Assembly (NCBI GenBank): GCA_965649765.1 | Contig: OZ287758.1 | Location: 31,682,001 to 31,746,000, forward strand | DNA length: 64,000 nt | Source of the DNA: Bispira polyomma | Lineage: Eukaryota | Direction: 5' to 3' | In this document: positions 51,401 through 64,000 of the stretch, one piece after another | How the letters are laid out: the number at the start of each line of letters is the position of its first letter | Position numbering within the stretch: position 1 is the first letter of the stretch | The notes under the pieces: generated by a model | Seen by the model: the letters and a program-made list of their open reading frames with translations, nothing else | Database searches by the model: none | What the model was told of the DNA's origin: nothing | Position numbers and translations under genes: made by a program

Positions 51401-54400
51401 TGACAACAGTGAAGTGAAACCTTTAAAGTTATCAACAGTGAGTGCCTGGCGTTTGTCAGATACATTTGTCGTTGGTAATTGTTTCTGTATGGTTTTGAAT
51501 ATACTTACCACCATCTGTTATTGTATGGACACACTGTGATATTTTTTAAATCCACAAACCAAATGTTAATAAAAAAAAAATCAAAATATTAAAAAAAAAT
51601 CCACAAACCATACAAAAAGTATATCAAAGTTACAAAAATGTACCTGACATTTGGACAATTTATTCTTGTCTTTGTGGGAAGAATAATATGTAGTATAGCA
51701 TACACGAAATACTTTTTAAAGGGTCAAAAGAAAGTTACTTCTCCAGTTGAACTTTGGATTTGTTGCACATTCATTTACTTGTCCTAGTCTAATACTTTTG
51801 CAAAACTGTAACTGTCATATTGTGACAAGTGTCAAAAATTTGAAATGTCTGTATATAATACTCATTTTGAAAATGCAACAAAGTACTAGGTATTAGGCTC
51901 AGTTGCATGGTACATTAATATGAAACCATGCCTAGGAAGAAATACATTCCTCTAAAAAACCACACACTCGGTTCTCCTTTGAAGAAGATTGAATTTTTAT
52001 GTATTTAGCCTATATTAGCAAACCACCTCTTCAGAAGACCAGTCTTTAGTAGATATCAATTAGATTGCATAAAACTATTCTGCTTCAGTACCTATATTTG
52101 ACCAGTTTTCCCTATGAATTCCCTTTTCAGGTTATTTTTGATCCAACACCAATCTACCAGATTCATTTTGAAGATACCAGTGGTATTGATGCTATTATCC
52201 TCGGTTTGGTTGCTGGTAAAGCCGACCAGACTGACCGTTTCTTCACCAAAGAGATCACTACCAAACTCTTTGGAGACCCTCCAGGTGGTAGAAGCAGGGA
52301 CCTACAAGCTCTAAATATCCAGAGGGGAAGGGACCATGGTGTACCAGGTAGAGATGCAACAGTGTGTCTCCACAAAATGATTGTCACTTTAAAAGAAACG
52401 GAATCACAGTCTTCTGTAGCAATTTGTGGAAATTTAATGCCAATAAACAATTGTATTATTCATTTAAGACGCATATTTGTAAAATCTAGATTGCAAAGCT
52501 GCTATGCCTATTCTTTGCTCAGAGGGATGGTTAAATCACTAATAATCAGTAACTATAGCCTCTCATTTGAGGATTGCAGAAAGTAAACTAAATTCCTCAA
52601 AAAAAATTGTTCTTAAGATAACACAAATTTATAGTAGTTTAGATATGATGCAGTTACATTCCAATAGTTCAAGTGATATGAATGAATGCTTAGCACAAGT
52701 TTTCAGTGATTTGACATGATCTTAAACCTATTTTTTCTTATGATTACTGGGAGAGTATTTTATGCATCTACTAACAAAAATATATAGCCTGTATTTAGTG
52801 GAGTAAAAGACAGACCTCATTGACCCCAACCTCTCAACTACAAGACTTCCAATACCAAATGTAAGCATTTCCCAATGGGTATATTACTATACAATCTCTT
52901 TCCAGGGCCTGACCATGTGTGTCAAGCTTCAACAATTGGATTATTCAACAGTAATTTGTTGGGTCTGTTCATGTTTTTCTAGGTTATACCAAGTGGTTGA
53001 AGTTCTGTGGTCACCATGTGCCTCGTGACTTCTCTGATTTGGCCAACATGGACGACATAACGATACAGAAGCTTGCAACACTTTACAAGTAGGAAACTGT
53101 TCTTTACTTATAACCTGAGTAAGAAACCTCCTTCTCTTCTTGAAATTATGCTTGCCATTAGCTGGTTGGAATACTGTATCTCACTCATGTAGGCTGTTAT
53201 GAATGTGAAATGATTTATTTGGAGTTTATGTCACTTGAAACATCTTTGGTCACATTATGATGACCAGATTTATTGGTGATTAATACAATTTTGTAACTTC
53301 CGCTTCATGATATTGTGTGTAACTTTTTTCAAGGAGTGTTGAAGACATTGACCTTTTCGTTGGTGGTATATCAGAAAAGAACATGAATGGTGCAATTTTG
53401 GGTCCTACATTTGGTTGCATCATTGCCCATCAGTTTAGACAACTCAAACACGGGGATAGGTTCTGGTTTGAAGGAAGACGTGCCCGATTTACACAAGGTT
53501 TGTAATTTTCATTTTGGTGGGATGTTGGTATGTCTAATACATTGTAGATGTTACAGTAGCGGTTTCTAGTAACGAAAGAGCAACAAATAAAAGGGACATT
53601 ATTGTGGATGTAAAATAGGGATGGCTTCTGAGGTTGTCTCTAGCATACTCTAAGTTTGACTGTGTATATGTTATTTTGTTTTAACAGTCTCTATTACCTT
53701 TATTGTGACTATCACCTTTCATGAACCATTAAGTGTCTATGCAGTACGTGTGACTTACAGTCACTAAAACCTTTTACAAACATATAACATCTACAGTAGA
53801 ATAAAGTTCTTGGTGTGAATTATTACAAGTACAATCACCAAAAGTGCCTTATATAAATATATTTATCATTATTTATATTTCGATCAGTCTATTGGCTGTT
53901 CTCATCAGAGGTTGAAAAAATGATTTTAAAAATTCCATAAGGTACAGAAAGTGGCTTCGCCAGGCTTCATCAGATCCAGGAGTAGCTCTGGTTTGCTCCT
54001 GTGGATCAGGCGGAGCAATAGGTGTCCAATCTGTTAAAATTGGATTATAATAATTTTATGGTACAAAATCAATCATATGATAGCACCAGAGAGGTCGCAG
54101 TTAGAATTGAAGTGGTGGTCAATTGTAATCAGGTTCTGGTGATAGAATAGTGGTTAAAGATGGAATTCGTGTGGAAATAATGGTTTCCACAGTTTAAATA
54201 TTAATTAAAAATCTACTACCTCTTATGTAGAAGAAATAGATTAATTTAATATCAAAATCAGGGGTCAGGCCTGTATGTGTGGTCTGCAGTGAAACTGTAT
54301 TACAGTTCTAATGTGGTTATGGTGGTGAGATAGTGATCAATGTGGAGTCTCTTGGTGGAGACTACCAGCAGGGATCAGTGATGGTGAGTTGATACCTCAA

Positions 54401-57400
54401 GTAACACACAGGAAAAACACTCTAAAATTATGATTATATGTTAATATATGCAAATACTATAATAATGCATTATAATACAATACAATAAAATATACAACTG
54501 AATAATATGAGTGTATAATTATGACTTTGTTATTTATACAAGTGCATACATGTAATAATAGGTTATGATATTCAAACAGTCTAAACCATAGTCAGAATGT
54601 ATGTGGATACATTAAGGAGGAATGAATGCGTTTATGTTTACACTCATATACATGACAATTAAAAGTTGTGTAATTGTTATACACTGAATGAATTTAGATG
54701 TGAAAATTCAATATGTACCTTTTTATATATAAAAAGGGGAATGAGAAACGACAGGCACATTCAATAAAATATGTTGAGGTGTTTAAGATGTATGGCTATT
54801 TATAATGACATAGCTACAGAAATACTCGTGTGGTGGCTAGTGTTTAATACAGATAATGAGGATAGGCTCACCGAAGCCTCAATCCAGTACCCCCAGAAAA
54901 TAATTTCTGATACCAAACCCAAGTACATACCTGTCTGAACCAGGCTAGGCAAGTGCACCTACTGACCCAAAATCAAGAAACTAGACACAGTTACTAGTTT
55001 CTCAACCAAACATGTCTATAAAAGTTTGAATATACCACCTAAACACAAAATAACTTGTGAACTGAATAATGTAATGTACATCATCAATTGCACTCAATGT
55101 GGTCTCCAATACATTGGCTATTCTAGTCATTGTTTTGTCTTTCATTTGTATGTCTAGTCATTTTGTCCTGTTGTATCTATTGTTTATTATATTGTAAAAA
55201 TGTTTTAGGTGTAGCATAACACTACAGTGTTTATACACCTTAATTTAATTTTACTTACTAACTCCAATACATTGGAGAGACCAAAAGACCATTCAGACAG
55301 AGAATGTATGAACATTACAGAAGTGTTCAGATTTTTCTGCCACATAAATCAACCCCTGTCTCTAGACACTTTACACAGGACCAACATTCTGTGAAAAAAA
55401 ACATGGCTTTTGGTGTCATGCAATGGTTAGGGGAGGACACTAACCCAGATTCCACCACTAGGCGTAGACTCCAGGAACTATACTTTATCTGGGTCTTCCC
55501 CACCATACACCCTGCAGGTATCAACATATTTGTGTAAGTGTATACCCTCTTACCGTATACATTGTTTTATAGTTTAATTTATCAGAAATACCCTTATTAT
55601 AGGAAGTTGTTTAGATATTATCATAGATATTAAGTTGACGGGTTAACACTCTCACCATTGGCAATAAAGTTTGATGAAGGGTTGGTGGATTACCATGATG
55701 CAGAAATATTGATTAATTTTACAATCTTCACATGTCTCTTGTTCTGGTAAATTGTACCCGTTGTGATATAATCCGAGGTGTTAAAAGCGATTATAACTAA
55801 ATCTAAATATAACAGTTAAATTTTCTAAGGCCTGTGTATTTTTCAACTGTGCAGTAGTATGTGCCGTACTTTCTTTGTGGTATTTACAGATCAGATAGAC
55901 AATATCAAGGAATTTAAGTTGTCCAAATTACTCTGTGAGACTCTGGACAATGTGGAAACTATACAACCATATGCTCTGCTGCAGCCAATGCACGAGGCAG
56001 CAACTTTCTTACAGTGAGTATAAATTTAGAATAGAAGCACTTAAATCTACGTTATCTGAACACCTTGAGGAGGACATTTTTGTATGGAAACTTTGGAATC
56101 ATCTTTAATTTTTCTTTCAAAATAATGTTTCAACAAACATTTGCCGATCCTGCTATAATACCATTTGTGATTTTAGTAAGTGCTACCTTGGCTGCAATAT
56201 GATATATGACAAAGAAATCAATCCCTGCAAAATTGTATGGAAAGGTAGCTCGTGCTCAAATAGCTCAAAATTGTATAGAAAGGTAACTCATGCTCATATA
56301 GCTTATGCTCATACACCCCCACATCCTTCCTTGTGACCTTGCTATGTCATTGAATCACACAATTGGACTGTTGTACTTTAGAGTATTCCTAGCATCAATT
56401 TTATAAATACATAATAATAATAATATAGCCCCCTTTTCTTCAAAGGCTCCACTGGCAACTCACTCAGTTCCGTATTAAACAAGGTAAATATCTACAATTT
56501 TAGGCTATTTATGTCCAAAAGCCAGCTTACTTATAACACATGATGTCTCCCAGTAATGTTAACAGAGCAAATCATCTGAGGAGTTCTGATGTTTTACCAA
56601 AACTGTTTTACAAAGCTTAAAACATAGCTACTAGCATCCTACTAAGTAGTATACTTGTCATTATCATAAAAGAAAGGTGTATCACTATAATCTAGTGACT
56701 GACCTTTTTATGAACTGTAGGAGGAACGACTTACTCCTTAGTAGGCGCTTTTTAAAGCAGTGTAAACCAGTCCCTTCTGCTGCAAGTTTGACTGAGAATG
56801 ATAATACTTACTAATTTTTGGAAGTTATTGTGAAAACGGGCCTGGTGTTTAGATGAAACTATCAGTGAAAAGATTACAGAGCTTGTATATTCATATAGAA
56901 GTGTTTGTCTTGATAAAAAAGATCACAATCTCTGACTTAAAAATAAATATCCTGGACCTGCTCTTTTGGGACATCAGCGCCTCAAACGATGTTCTCATCA
57001 ATTTAGTGCTCTATTAATGCTCCAATTATTAATTTTTTTATCACTGTAATCTGTCACTGCAATGTCTTAATTTTCATGAGTTTATGATGTCAACTTCCAC
57101 TATCAAAACTGGGCTTCTGGCATGGGCAACAGCTAATAAAATATTATAGCGTAAACTATAATTTCCCCATAACAGTATGGTTAAAATGATTATACTAAGG
57201 GTGATTATCCACACTATTATCACGCAAGGGTGTTTAAGAGGTTGCCGGTGTCCTACGCAGACGTTTTTTGGTATGAATGAAAACATATGGGCCTAGAAAC
57301 GAATATTCTGTTGTTATTTCCCCACCTTAACCTTAGTATTTATTCATTTTGACCATATCTTAAGTTAAGTTCGAATCTCACTTCACTTCTGCGAGTTTTA

Positions 57401-60400
57401 TACTAAACTTCCGTTATTCTACAATCTGTTATTTTATTAAATTCTATCTTCAAAACGTGCGGTATAAGTGGAAATATATCAATTTTGTTTTATTTATGTC
57501 TAATTCCGGTAATATTTTCACAGTCACTCAGTGCCACATAAAATATATACTGCAGTACCACCATTTCCTTTTACTACAGTAACGTCATAATGATGTCAGT
57601 TTTGCAGCGACGTTACAGTATACGTTATCAAACCAGGAAGTAAATATGGGTGCCCATTTTTAGACTTAAATATCTTGATGAAACAAAAAATATAGCAATA
57701 ACAATAAAATAATCTTTTCCTACATCTTTTTATCATATTTTTAACTTTAATAATTCTGGAAAACTGATGTCATTATGACGTTGCTGTAGTAGCATATAAG
57801 GATATAAAAAGCATAAATATATGTAGTTTATGATACTCACTGTTTTATGATACTATTATATCAGCTGTGAAAACGTTTAAATATTTTAAATATTGTTATG
57901 AAATATGTGAAACAGTTTGCAATTTTTGTACTTAATGTATTATTACTGGCTAGTGCCATTACTGAAATTTATTAATATTTTCCATTATAGTTTGCCTGAA
58001 TTAATGTAATGCACTGTTACCCCATCTGTGAAAATGTTTAAAACTTTTCAATTGTTATAAAATATGTTAAACAGTTTGCAGTTTTGTGCTTATTTGTGCT
58101 TAATGTACTATTACTGGCTAGTACCATTGCTGAAATATACTAATATTTTCCATTATATTTTACCTAAAATAACGTTTTTTTTAAAAAAATGTCCAGTTAT
58201 GATCTACCACTCGGTATCTATAAATGTTGTATATCTTGTCATCAGTTTTGCTTGTTAAAGTTTAGTTTAAATATGTTCTTTGTGTTCCATTTTTGTTTGC
58301 TTAAACGGTTACATTTGAAAGTTGGTGACAAAAATCTTAAAGTATGTGGTGTCTAAATAAGTTTCTCTTCAGTTCACAGTCTCTGTTAGAGTTAATAATT
58401 ATTAGGCATGTGAATATCATGAATGTCTTAGGACTTGGTTTCCTGTTCTATTCCACAAAGATAATTGATTGCCTAAGCCATTTGTTGATTTGCAGCTACA
58501 AAGGTCTTGCTTATCTTATTGTACAGAAAAGTATCATATAATTATACTATAACATATGAATCAGGAAAGCAATTTTAAAATTTTTAGTTTTAATACAAAT
58601 GGCCTAGCTAATAGTATCAGTCGAATGAAATGAGTTTGAGGTCAAGGTCATAAGATGGTAGTTTGACCTTGTGTGTGAGGTGTTGAAAGGTAAGAGGTCA
58701 GATGCAGTTTGGGATATTTATTTATAAATCTTTAGTTTATAAATGTTTAGCTTCTATGTACAATTATACAGAAAATTTTAGATAAGAACTAAAATTTTAA
58801 CATGCCAATAAGCAAGTAAAGGGTTTAAAAAACCCAACACATGAGATAAAGTATAAGAGTAAAGGAACTCATAGACAAAGCAACATGGTAAATATAACCA
58901 ATGATGACTAAGAATAAAATGCTAGTAGCAATATGGTAAGAATAACCAATCATAGCTAAAAATAAGAAAATAAAGCGATATGGTAAATATAACCAATGAT
59001 AACTACAAAATAAAATAACATGCTACAGCAATATGGTAAACCAGTGATAACTAAAATTAAAATGCTACTGTAGCAATATGGTAAATATAACCAATCATAG
59101 CTAAACATAAAGGATAAAGCAATATGGTAAAAATAACCAATCATAGCTTAAACAAGAATTTAAGCCCTAAGGCAAAGAAGTGAGTGTTAAACCCCACAAT
59201 CCTTAGATATTCTACAAATATGTACAAGGGAGGAGGGTTGGGAGATTTTTGATGTTGTTAGTTTGATTTCTGACTTAATAATGAGCTTATCATAGAAAGG
59301 GCGCCAAAGCGCTGGGGAGAGTAAGAGAGATTTGTCTTCTGACTTATCAGTGAGAGTATAAGAAAGGCGGGAAATGGAGAGTGGAGGTGTTATCTGAATG
59401 CAGCGTTGGGGTGAGGAGTGACTGTGATAAGCAAGTAGTTTGAAAATAGAAGTACAGTAAAGCATAACATTTCCACGGCTGACTAGCCATGCTACTTTGT
59501 GGCAGTGACGAAGATCCTCCAAGAAACTCAATGTACTGTCGAGTCGGAGTCAAAATGGAAAAAAAGATTTCTGTAATTTTGACCTTTATTTCTCACATGG
59601 TGCTAGTAATGCACGAGGTGTTTGCACTCTGACACCTGAACATTATAATGCACAAATTCATGAGAATTTACAGATGACTCGAGTAGATTTCTCTTACTCA
59701 ATGTATCAATTGACAGCTGTGATTTAATTTTTGTCAATGTTTATGCCCCAAGAAAGAATAACGTTTGAGAGCAAGTTGATTTTGCTACCTTTCTCTGTAA
59801 TAAACTGCAAGACTTTATGGGGAAAAATGGGCTGTCAACAGAGTTTTATAAATTCTTTTGGTGCAAGGTCAAATATTTTTTCCACGACACTTTCAGATGG
59901 TCTCTTAAACATAACCAGTTATCGCTTGGCCAGAAAAGAAGAGTCATAACTTAAGTCCTAAAAAAGAACAAAGATCTGTGTCAACTGAAAAACTGGCAAC
60001 CTAACCCAACTACAAAATCTTAACAAAACTTTATGCATCACGTTTACAAAAAGTCTTAGATAAAATCATTAACCCTGACCAAGTGGGATATATTAAAGGA
60101 AGATTTATAGGTGAAAATATTCGGACCATTTTTGATATAATCGATTATTCAAATCAAAATTCTATCCCTGGCTTATTGGTTTGAGTGGATTTTGAAAAGG
60201 CCTTCGATTCTGTTAACTGGTCTGTCCTAATAAAATGCCTTAAAGCTCTTAACTTTGGAGAGGGTTTCATAGCCTGTGTCAAAATGTTATATTCTGATAT
60301 TGAAAATTGCTTCATAAATAATGGCAAAGGTTCTCCTTTTTTCAAGCTTCACCGTGGAATAAGACAAGGTTGAAAGACAAACATATAAAAAAAAATTAAG

Positions 60401-63032
60401 ACAAGGCCCTTTTAAAATGCTAGGGGTCTGGTTTTCTCATAATAAAAATGAAATATATAACTTAAATCTAAAACCCAAACTAAGAGATACTAATATATAA
60501 CTTAAATATAACTTAAATCTAAAACCCAAACTAAGAGATATACAAAGGATTATCAACCTGTGGTCTAGTCAAGCAATAAGCCTTAGAGGTAAAATAGTGA
60601 TCATCAAAAGTCTTATATTAAGTCTTATCATTGTAGTATGATTCCTTGTAGTATGATTCATGTACCTGACCACTTTATAAATGAAGTGAATGACATGTTG
60701 TTCAGTTTCCTTTGGGGAAAAGATAAAAGGCCAAAAGTTAAAAAAGATTCAATTATTAATAGCATTGAGCAGGGGGGTCTAAAGATGCCAGATTTTTGCA
60801 AAACTATCATTGCAATTAAGTCATACTGGGTTAAAAGATTATTTTGTAACAGTAATAATACTTTTGTAAATAAATGGAGACTTTTAGCAAAGACGGTATG
60901 TAGAATCTTGGATTCAACCACCATACTTTCCAAAGTTAATCCAAGCAACTTAAATGTTTGGTCAATTGGTAGTGAATTCTATGAACAAGTACTACATTGT
61001 TGGAGTTAATTCTTGGGACTTTCCAGATAAAGCTGGATCTTGCAATTCTAGAAATATTACTTGGTATTCCTTGTTACAACAATGGTGTGTTTACCATTAT
61101 CAACTTCTTAATAGTATATATATACCTCTAAAAGAAACGAGGTTAATGTTATTTTTAAAGTTTTTTGTTCAAACATTAGAAAAATGATTGATGTTGAAAT
61201 AATGGCTCGAAAAACAAAGTATATAAGTTTTAAAGAAGAAGATGTTAATCTGTGGAGTCTGTTACACTCAAATTGTCTGTAAACTCAGTTGAAATCTATT
61301 GTGAGTAATGTTATTAAAAGTTGTACCATGGTTTAAAATGCAACTCGAGAACATTGTTTTTTAAATGTCACAGTATTCCGGCCAAGTCTAAAAAACTAAA
61401 TTAAAAGTATTACCAAGTTTTTTTTTTGTTTTTTTTTTAATGTAACATAATTTGGCAGAGTCCATACAAAAAACCTCTGATTTTAAACTGTTACCAAGTA
61501 TTTTACGTCATCTTTTTATCTAACGTATTTTGTTTTGAATGGTACTCCTGGTAAAGTCTACTGAATCTGAAAAAATTGTAATCATTTGTTTTTAATTGTT
61601 ATGTCTTTTTTATTAAGTATATTAGCATCAAAAAAACTGTGAAACTTTTTTTTTTAAATGTTATGTCAGTATTGTAAACACAAAAGAAGATAAATAAAAT
61701 GTCAAAAACAAAAAAAAAAAAGATATTAAAAGCATATTAATTAAAAAAAACCGAAATCTCAGCGTGTTTCCGAAAGGTGACTGTTGTCTCGATACTTTAG
61801 TTCTTACCTGCGACGAGATCTTTCAAATTTATTATTGACTACATACAGCCGACGACAAAGGAACCCCACCCTCCAGGGAACACCCCGCCCCTTCAGGAAC
61901 AGGTCAACAAGTATTATTTTTCTATTTTACTTTTTTTGTGTTGACCAATAATTTCTTTTGCAAGTTATAGGTAGGCAGGTAGACAGAGAGCGAGATTAAT
62001 ATTATGGTAACTTATAGGTTGATTGACAAATAATATTTTTTTAATTTTACTTTTAGGTAGACATCCAGATAGACATTTTTCTTGGTTGACAGGTTTTTTG
62101 CAAGTGTTTCTGACCGTTCACTCTACACAAAATGCCAAAAAATACAATATTTATAATGAAATAATCTCTCTTACCATATTTTTACCCAATTTTTACCTTC
62201 ACTAAATAAATAACATGGAAATACCCATACCAAATACATGTCTAAACTTATACTTTTTCAAAAGTAATTATAACTGGGGTACCAAATTTAAACGTTAAAT
62301 TCTTAGGCGTTTCTCAACAGATTTTCATGCAACAAAAAGGATAGTAATTGCAATAACATAATCTTCCTGACCACATTTTCAACATTTTAGCTTCAGGAAT
62401 TGGCGAGTTATTATATATATAATCGGCTTTTTTCAAGTTAACACTAAGACCTTTGTTAATACTGCCACAGCATTCCTCAGACCTGTGCATAAAGCTAGTA
62501 TTGTATTAACAATTTTAGACAACATGGGCTGTATTCACAATAGTATTAGTCTTAACTTAGTCTTAACTTAGTCTTAAGCTTAAGATTTTTGGTGTTTGAT
62601 TTTGGTCGAAAAGGTTAATATTTTTGTCTTAGTCTAATGGATTTTCAGAAAATATCTTTGAAGGGTGTTAACTTTGCATACAACACTACATTTAGTATGC
62701 TGTATTAAATATTTTAGGCGTGAATGTTAAGATTTAGACTAAGTTAAGACTGAGACCTTTTGTAAATACAGCCACGTATTTACAGTATATATACTTTTTT
62801 CTGCCATTTCAGAGCAAGTCCTGCAGAAATGTACAGGTACTCTATACTGTATAAAGGGAACTCAAACAGTAGAGTCTCCTGTGACAAGCTAACAGATATT
62901 GACTACTCACTTTGGGATGAAGACATCAAGAGAAAACAAGGGAAAAAGTCCAAGGGAAAGAAATCTGCTTTCTTGTTAAAAGACAAAAAGGAAAAAAGAA
63001 GAGAAAAGAGAAAAAGTGTCATAAAGTGTTAA
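30384..63032 (+). CDS. Secreted animal heme peroxidase (An_peroxidase; peroxinectin/chorion-peroxidase-like), 17 exons, 794 aa
   Basis: Exons: 30384-30459, 41121-41234, 41506-41614, 42530-42706, 43208-43302, 43810-43995, 44370-44537, 46786-46890, 47985-48110, 49168-49295, 50462-50591, 51298-51437, 52131-52347, 52983-53088, 53334-53497, 55890-56013, 62813-63032. All introns are GT-AG with compatible phases; total 2385 nt. Motifs: signal peptide [34 protein letters not shown] (distal His), [25 protein letters not shown] (proximal His), [41 protein letters not shown]. Exons 1-3 are less certain than the rest. Confidence 0.92.
31325..32195 (-). mobile_element. L2/CR1-type LINE 3' fragment nested in the Tx1 LINE
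   Basis: [46 protein letters not shown], and the 3' stem-loop terminus. Confidence 0.85.
32528..32759 (-). mobile_element. tRNA-derived SINE with target-site duplication
   Basis: A box GGTGGCCTAGTGG, B box GAGTTCGAATCC, (TTCAAA)n tail. Flanked by TTCC(G/A)CAGGTAAA at 32515-32527 and 32760-32772. Confidence 0.88.
34720..35745 (-). mobile_element. 5' fragment (terminal repeat + gag) of a DIRS-type element nested in the Tx1 LINE
   Basis: Interrupts LINE ORF2 between the EN and RT regions. Frames MPKGKQ.., [33 protein letters not shown] resemble invertebrate DIRS gag. Confidence 0.55.
37110..37612. repeat. Complex tandem repeat
   Basis: AACCTTTCTGTTA..AACAGTTCAATTAAATTAA at ~37120, 37337 and 37450; TATTTCCTGTCTTTTATAAATTG..CCAGAGTCTGC at ~37202 and 37532. 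Confidence 0.85.
39640..40040 (+). mobile_element. L2/CR1-type LINE 3' fragment
   Basis: Frame [30 protein letters not shown] resembles the L2 C-terminus (GxRxF..AP..WN.LP..LKTxLF..AY). Confidence 0.6.
40777..40921. repeat. Long hairpin (~46-bp arms), possibly a non-autonomous Crypton-like element
   Basis: AGGGATAACACATGACAAAGTATGCCATATGGTAATTTTTAGCACG ... CGTGCTAAAAATTACCATATAGCATGCTTTATCATGTGACAACCCT. The family assignment is inference. Confidence 0.7.
45400..46225 (-). mobile_element. Tx1/L1 LINE RT fragment in peroxidase intron 7
   Basis: [29 protein letters not shown]; [12 protein letters not shown] (internally duplicated). Confidence 0.75.
49489..49727. mobile_element. MITE with PIF/Harbinger-like TIRs
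   Basis: GGCCCAGTTTCACAAAGCC ... GGGCTTTGTGAAACAGGG. Confidence 0.65.
53845..55720. mobile_element. Penelope-like element remnants (GIY-YIG endonuclease on +, inverted segment with ribozyme on -)
   Basis: [22 protein letters not shown] / [41 protein letters not shown] is the Penelope GIY-YIG C-terminus (~55050-55537). Boundaries approximate. Confidence 0.75.
53847..53911 (-). ncRNA. Candidate type I hammerhead ribozyme (Penelope-associated)
   Basis: Minus strand: CCT-CTGATGA-GAACAG ccaataga CTGATC-GAAA-TATAAAT..ATTTATA-TA-AGG. Core intact, stem II has one mismatch, stem III is AU-rich, stem I is only 3 bp. Confidence 0.5.
57863..58158. repeat. Two diverged ~130-bp tandem copies
   Basis: CTGTGAAAA.GTTTAAA..TATTACTGGCTAGT.CCATT.CTGAAAT..TAATATTTTCCATTATA occurs twice. 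Confidence 0.8.
58877..59150. repeat. Minisatellite, ~40-50-bp units (AGCAATATGGTAAATATAACCAAT..)
   Basis: About six copies of GCAA(T/C)ATGGTAA..AACCA visible. Confidence 0.88.
59550..61722 (+). mobile_element. Internally deleted Tx1/L1-clade LINE in the last peroxidase intron
   Basis: [69 protein letters not shown]-rich tail ~61700-61720. Similar to the element at 31090-36730. Confidence 0.88.
62527..62773. mobile_element. MITE with Harbinger-like TIRs and TTAGTCTTAAC subterminal repeats
   Basis: GGCTGTATTCACAA ... TTGTAAATACAGCC. Confidence 0.7.
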
Positions 63033-63043
63033 ATCTCGGTGGT

Positions 63044-63049
63044 AATAAA
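63044..63049 (+). promoter_or_regulatory. Candidate polyadenylation signal of the peroxidase gene
   Basis: AATAAA 12 nt after the stop codon; the AT-rich context makes this weak. Confidence 0.35.
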
Positions 63050-64000
63050 ATTATCACTAAAATGATTGTTTGTGACATTAAAACAAAGTTAAAGATATAG
63101 TTCAGTGTTTTGTTTATATTTATTTTAGAATTGTATAATGTAAAAGACACAAAAACTGGTTCTTGTGGGGAAATCAAATCCCATCGAAAAGGGACTGTAA
63201 TGTTGGCACTTAAATTTACTGGAAGTAATCAGTAATGTACTTATTCAATGCACTAAAATTTTGTTGTGATTTGGTATATCTTTAATTGTGCATGCAATCA
63301 CAAAATAATAGTATAGGCTTACATTTTTGCAATTTATTGCAAACATTTAACCAAAACCCTTTGTATTAGGTATGGCCCTTTTTAGAAAGATCTTCACTCA
63401 AGATAGAATTCCACTCTTTACCCTCTTTGCTGGCTTTTCCTAATTTTACTAATACAGAGGAATATAACCCAAAGAAACTGTTAGTGATGGTCTTGTAATA
63501 TAATTCCCTGCAAAAACTTATAATCTCTCCTTTTGTCAAATGAGATACATAATTGTTCATTGTATATCTTCACTTGTCCCATTTAGCAATGTGTAATTAC
63601 AATACATGACAGGAACATAACATAACACAACTTAGCCTTGCAAACAACTTAATGTCTTAGATTTCTTTGCAAAATTTAGTTTTTTACATTCACTACCTTC
63701 AGAATTATATTTTTAACAAGATAAAGAGTTTGAGATATAAATAAGGAGCAAGTGTGTTTTTTCCCACAGAAATCAAGTATATAATAAAAATTTTCTAGAT
63801 TATGCAAGGTACTATGTCAATCAAAATATCAAAAGTAACCTAAATTACTGCAAAGATATTTACAAACAAATTTCACCTTTAATTAAGCCTATCTTCACTT
63901 TGGCCATAGACTTATCATAGTTTACAGGAAGCTAGAAGGATCTATGCCATGTTGTATAGGTTGTAAAATGCATCATCAGCTATTCTGACAGACATACTTG

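Noticed and set aside
58877-59150. CRISPR-like repeat-spacer appearance (also 8280-8632 and 37110-37612)
   Set aside because: Eukaryotic context, degenerate repeats, spacers related or irregular, and no cas genes.
63015-63032. CaaX prenylation signal after the polybasic tail
   Set aside because: The Cys is the last residue (SVIKC*), not fourth from the end, and the protein has a signal peptide.

Overview
AT-rich eukaryotic genomic DNA with spliceosomal GT-AG introns and a dense invertebrate-type TE landscape. A mollusc-like host is my inference only. There are three zones. (1) 1-10995 is one arm of a decaying Polinton/Maverick (adintovirus-like) element. It holds a frameshifted zinc-finger/protein-primed PolB gene running off the left edge and a set of spliced accessory genes: two paralogous signal-peptide + short LRR-like + transmembrane proteins, a PC4-like ssDNA-binding protein and orphan genes. 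Its ...ACTACT terminus at 10995 interrupts the tyrosine-recombinase frame of a DIRS-type retroelement. (2) About 11000-29500 is TE debris: a DIRS fragment, a degenerate Ty1/copia carrying a 1.2-kb insert flanked by an exact 140-bp duplication, a full-length Ngaro-type (split direct repeat) YR retrotransposon and a ~2.1-kb tandem duplication. (3) 30384-63032 is an apparently intact 17-exon secreted animal heme peroxidase gene (794 aa by my hand splice). It has an unusual RQNVM distal segment and a polybasic tail. Its introns hold Tx1/L1 and L2/CR1 LINEs, a tRNA-SINE, MITEs and a Penelope fragment with a candidate hammerhead ribozyme. The most novel candidate is the Polinton-like element carrying intron-containing mini-LRR membrane-protein cargo. 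All splicing and family calls were made by eye, without database searches.
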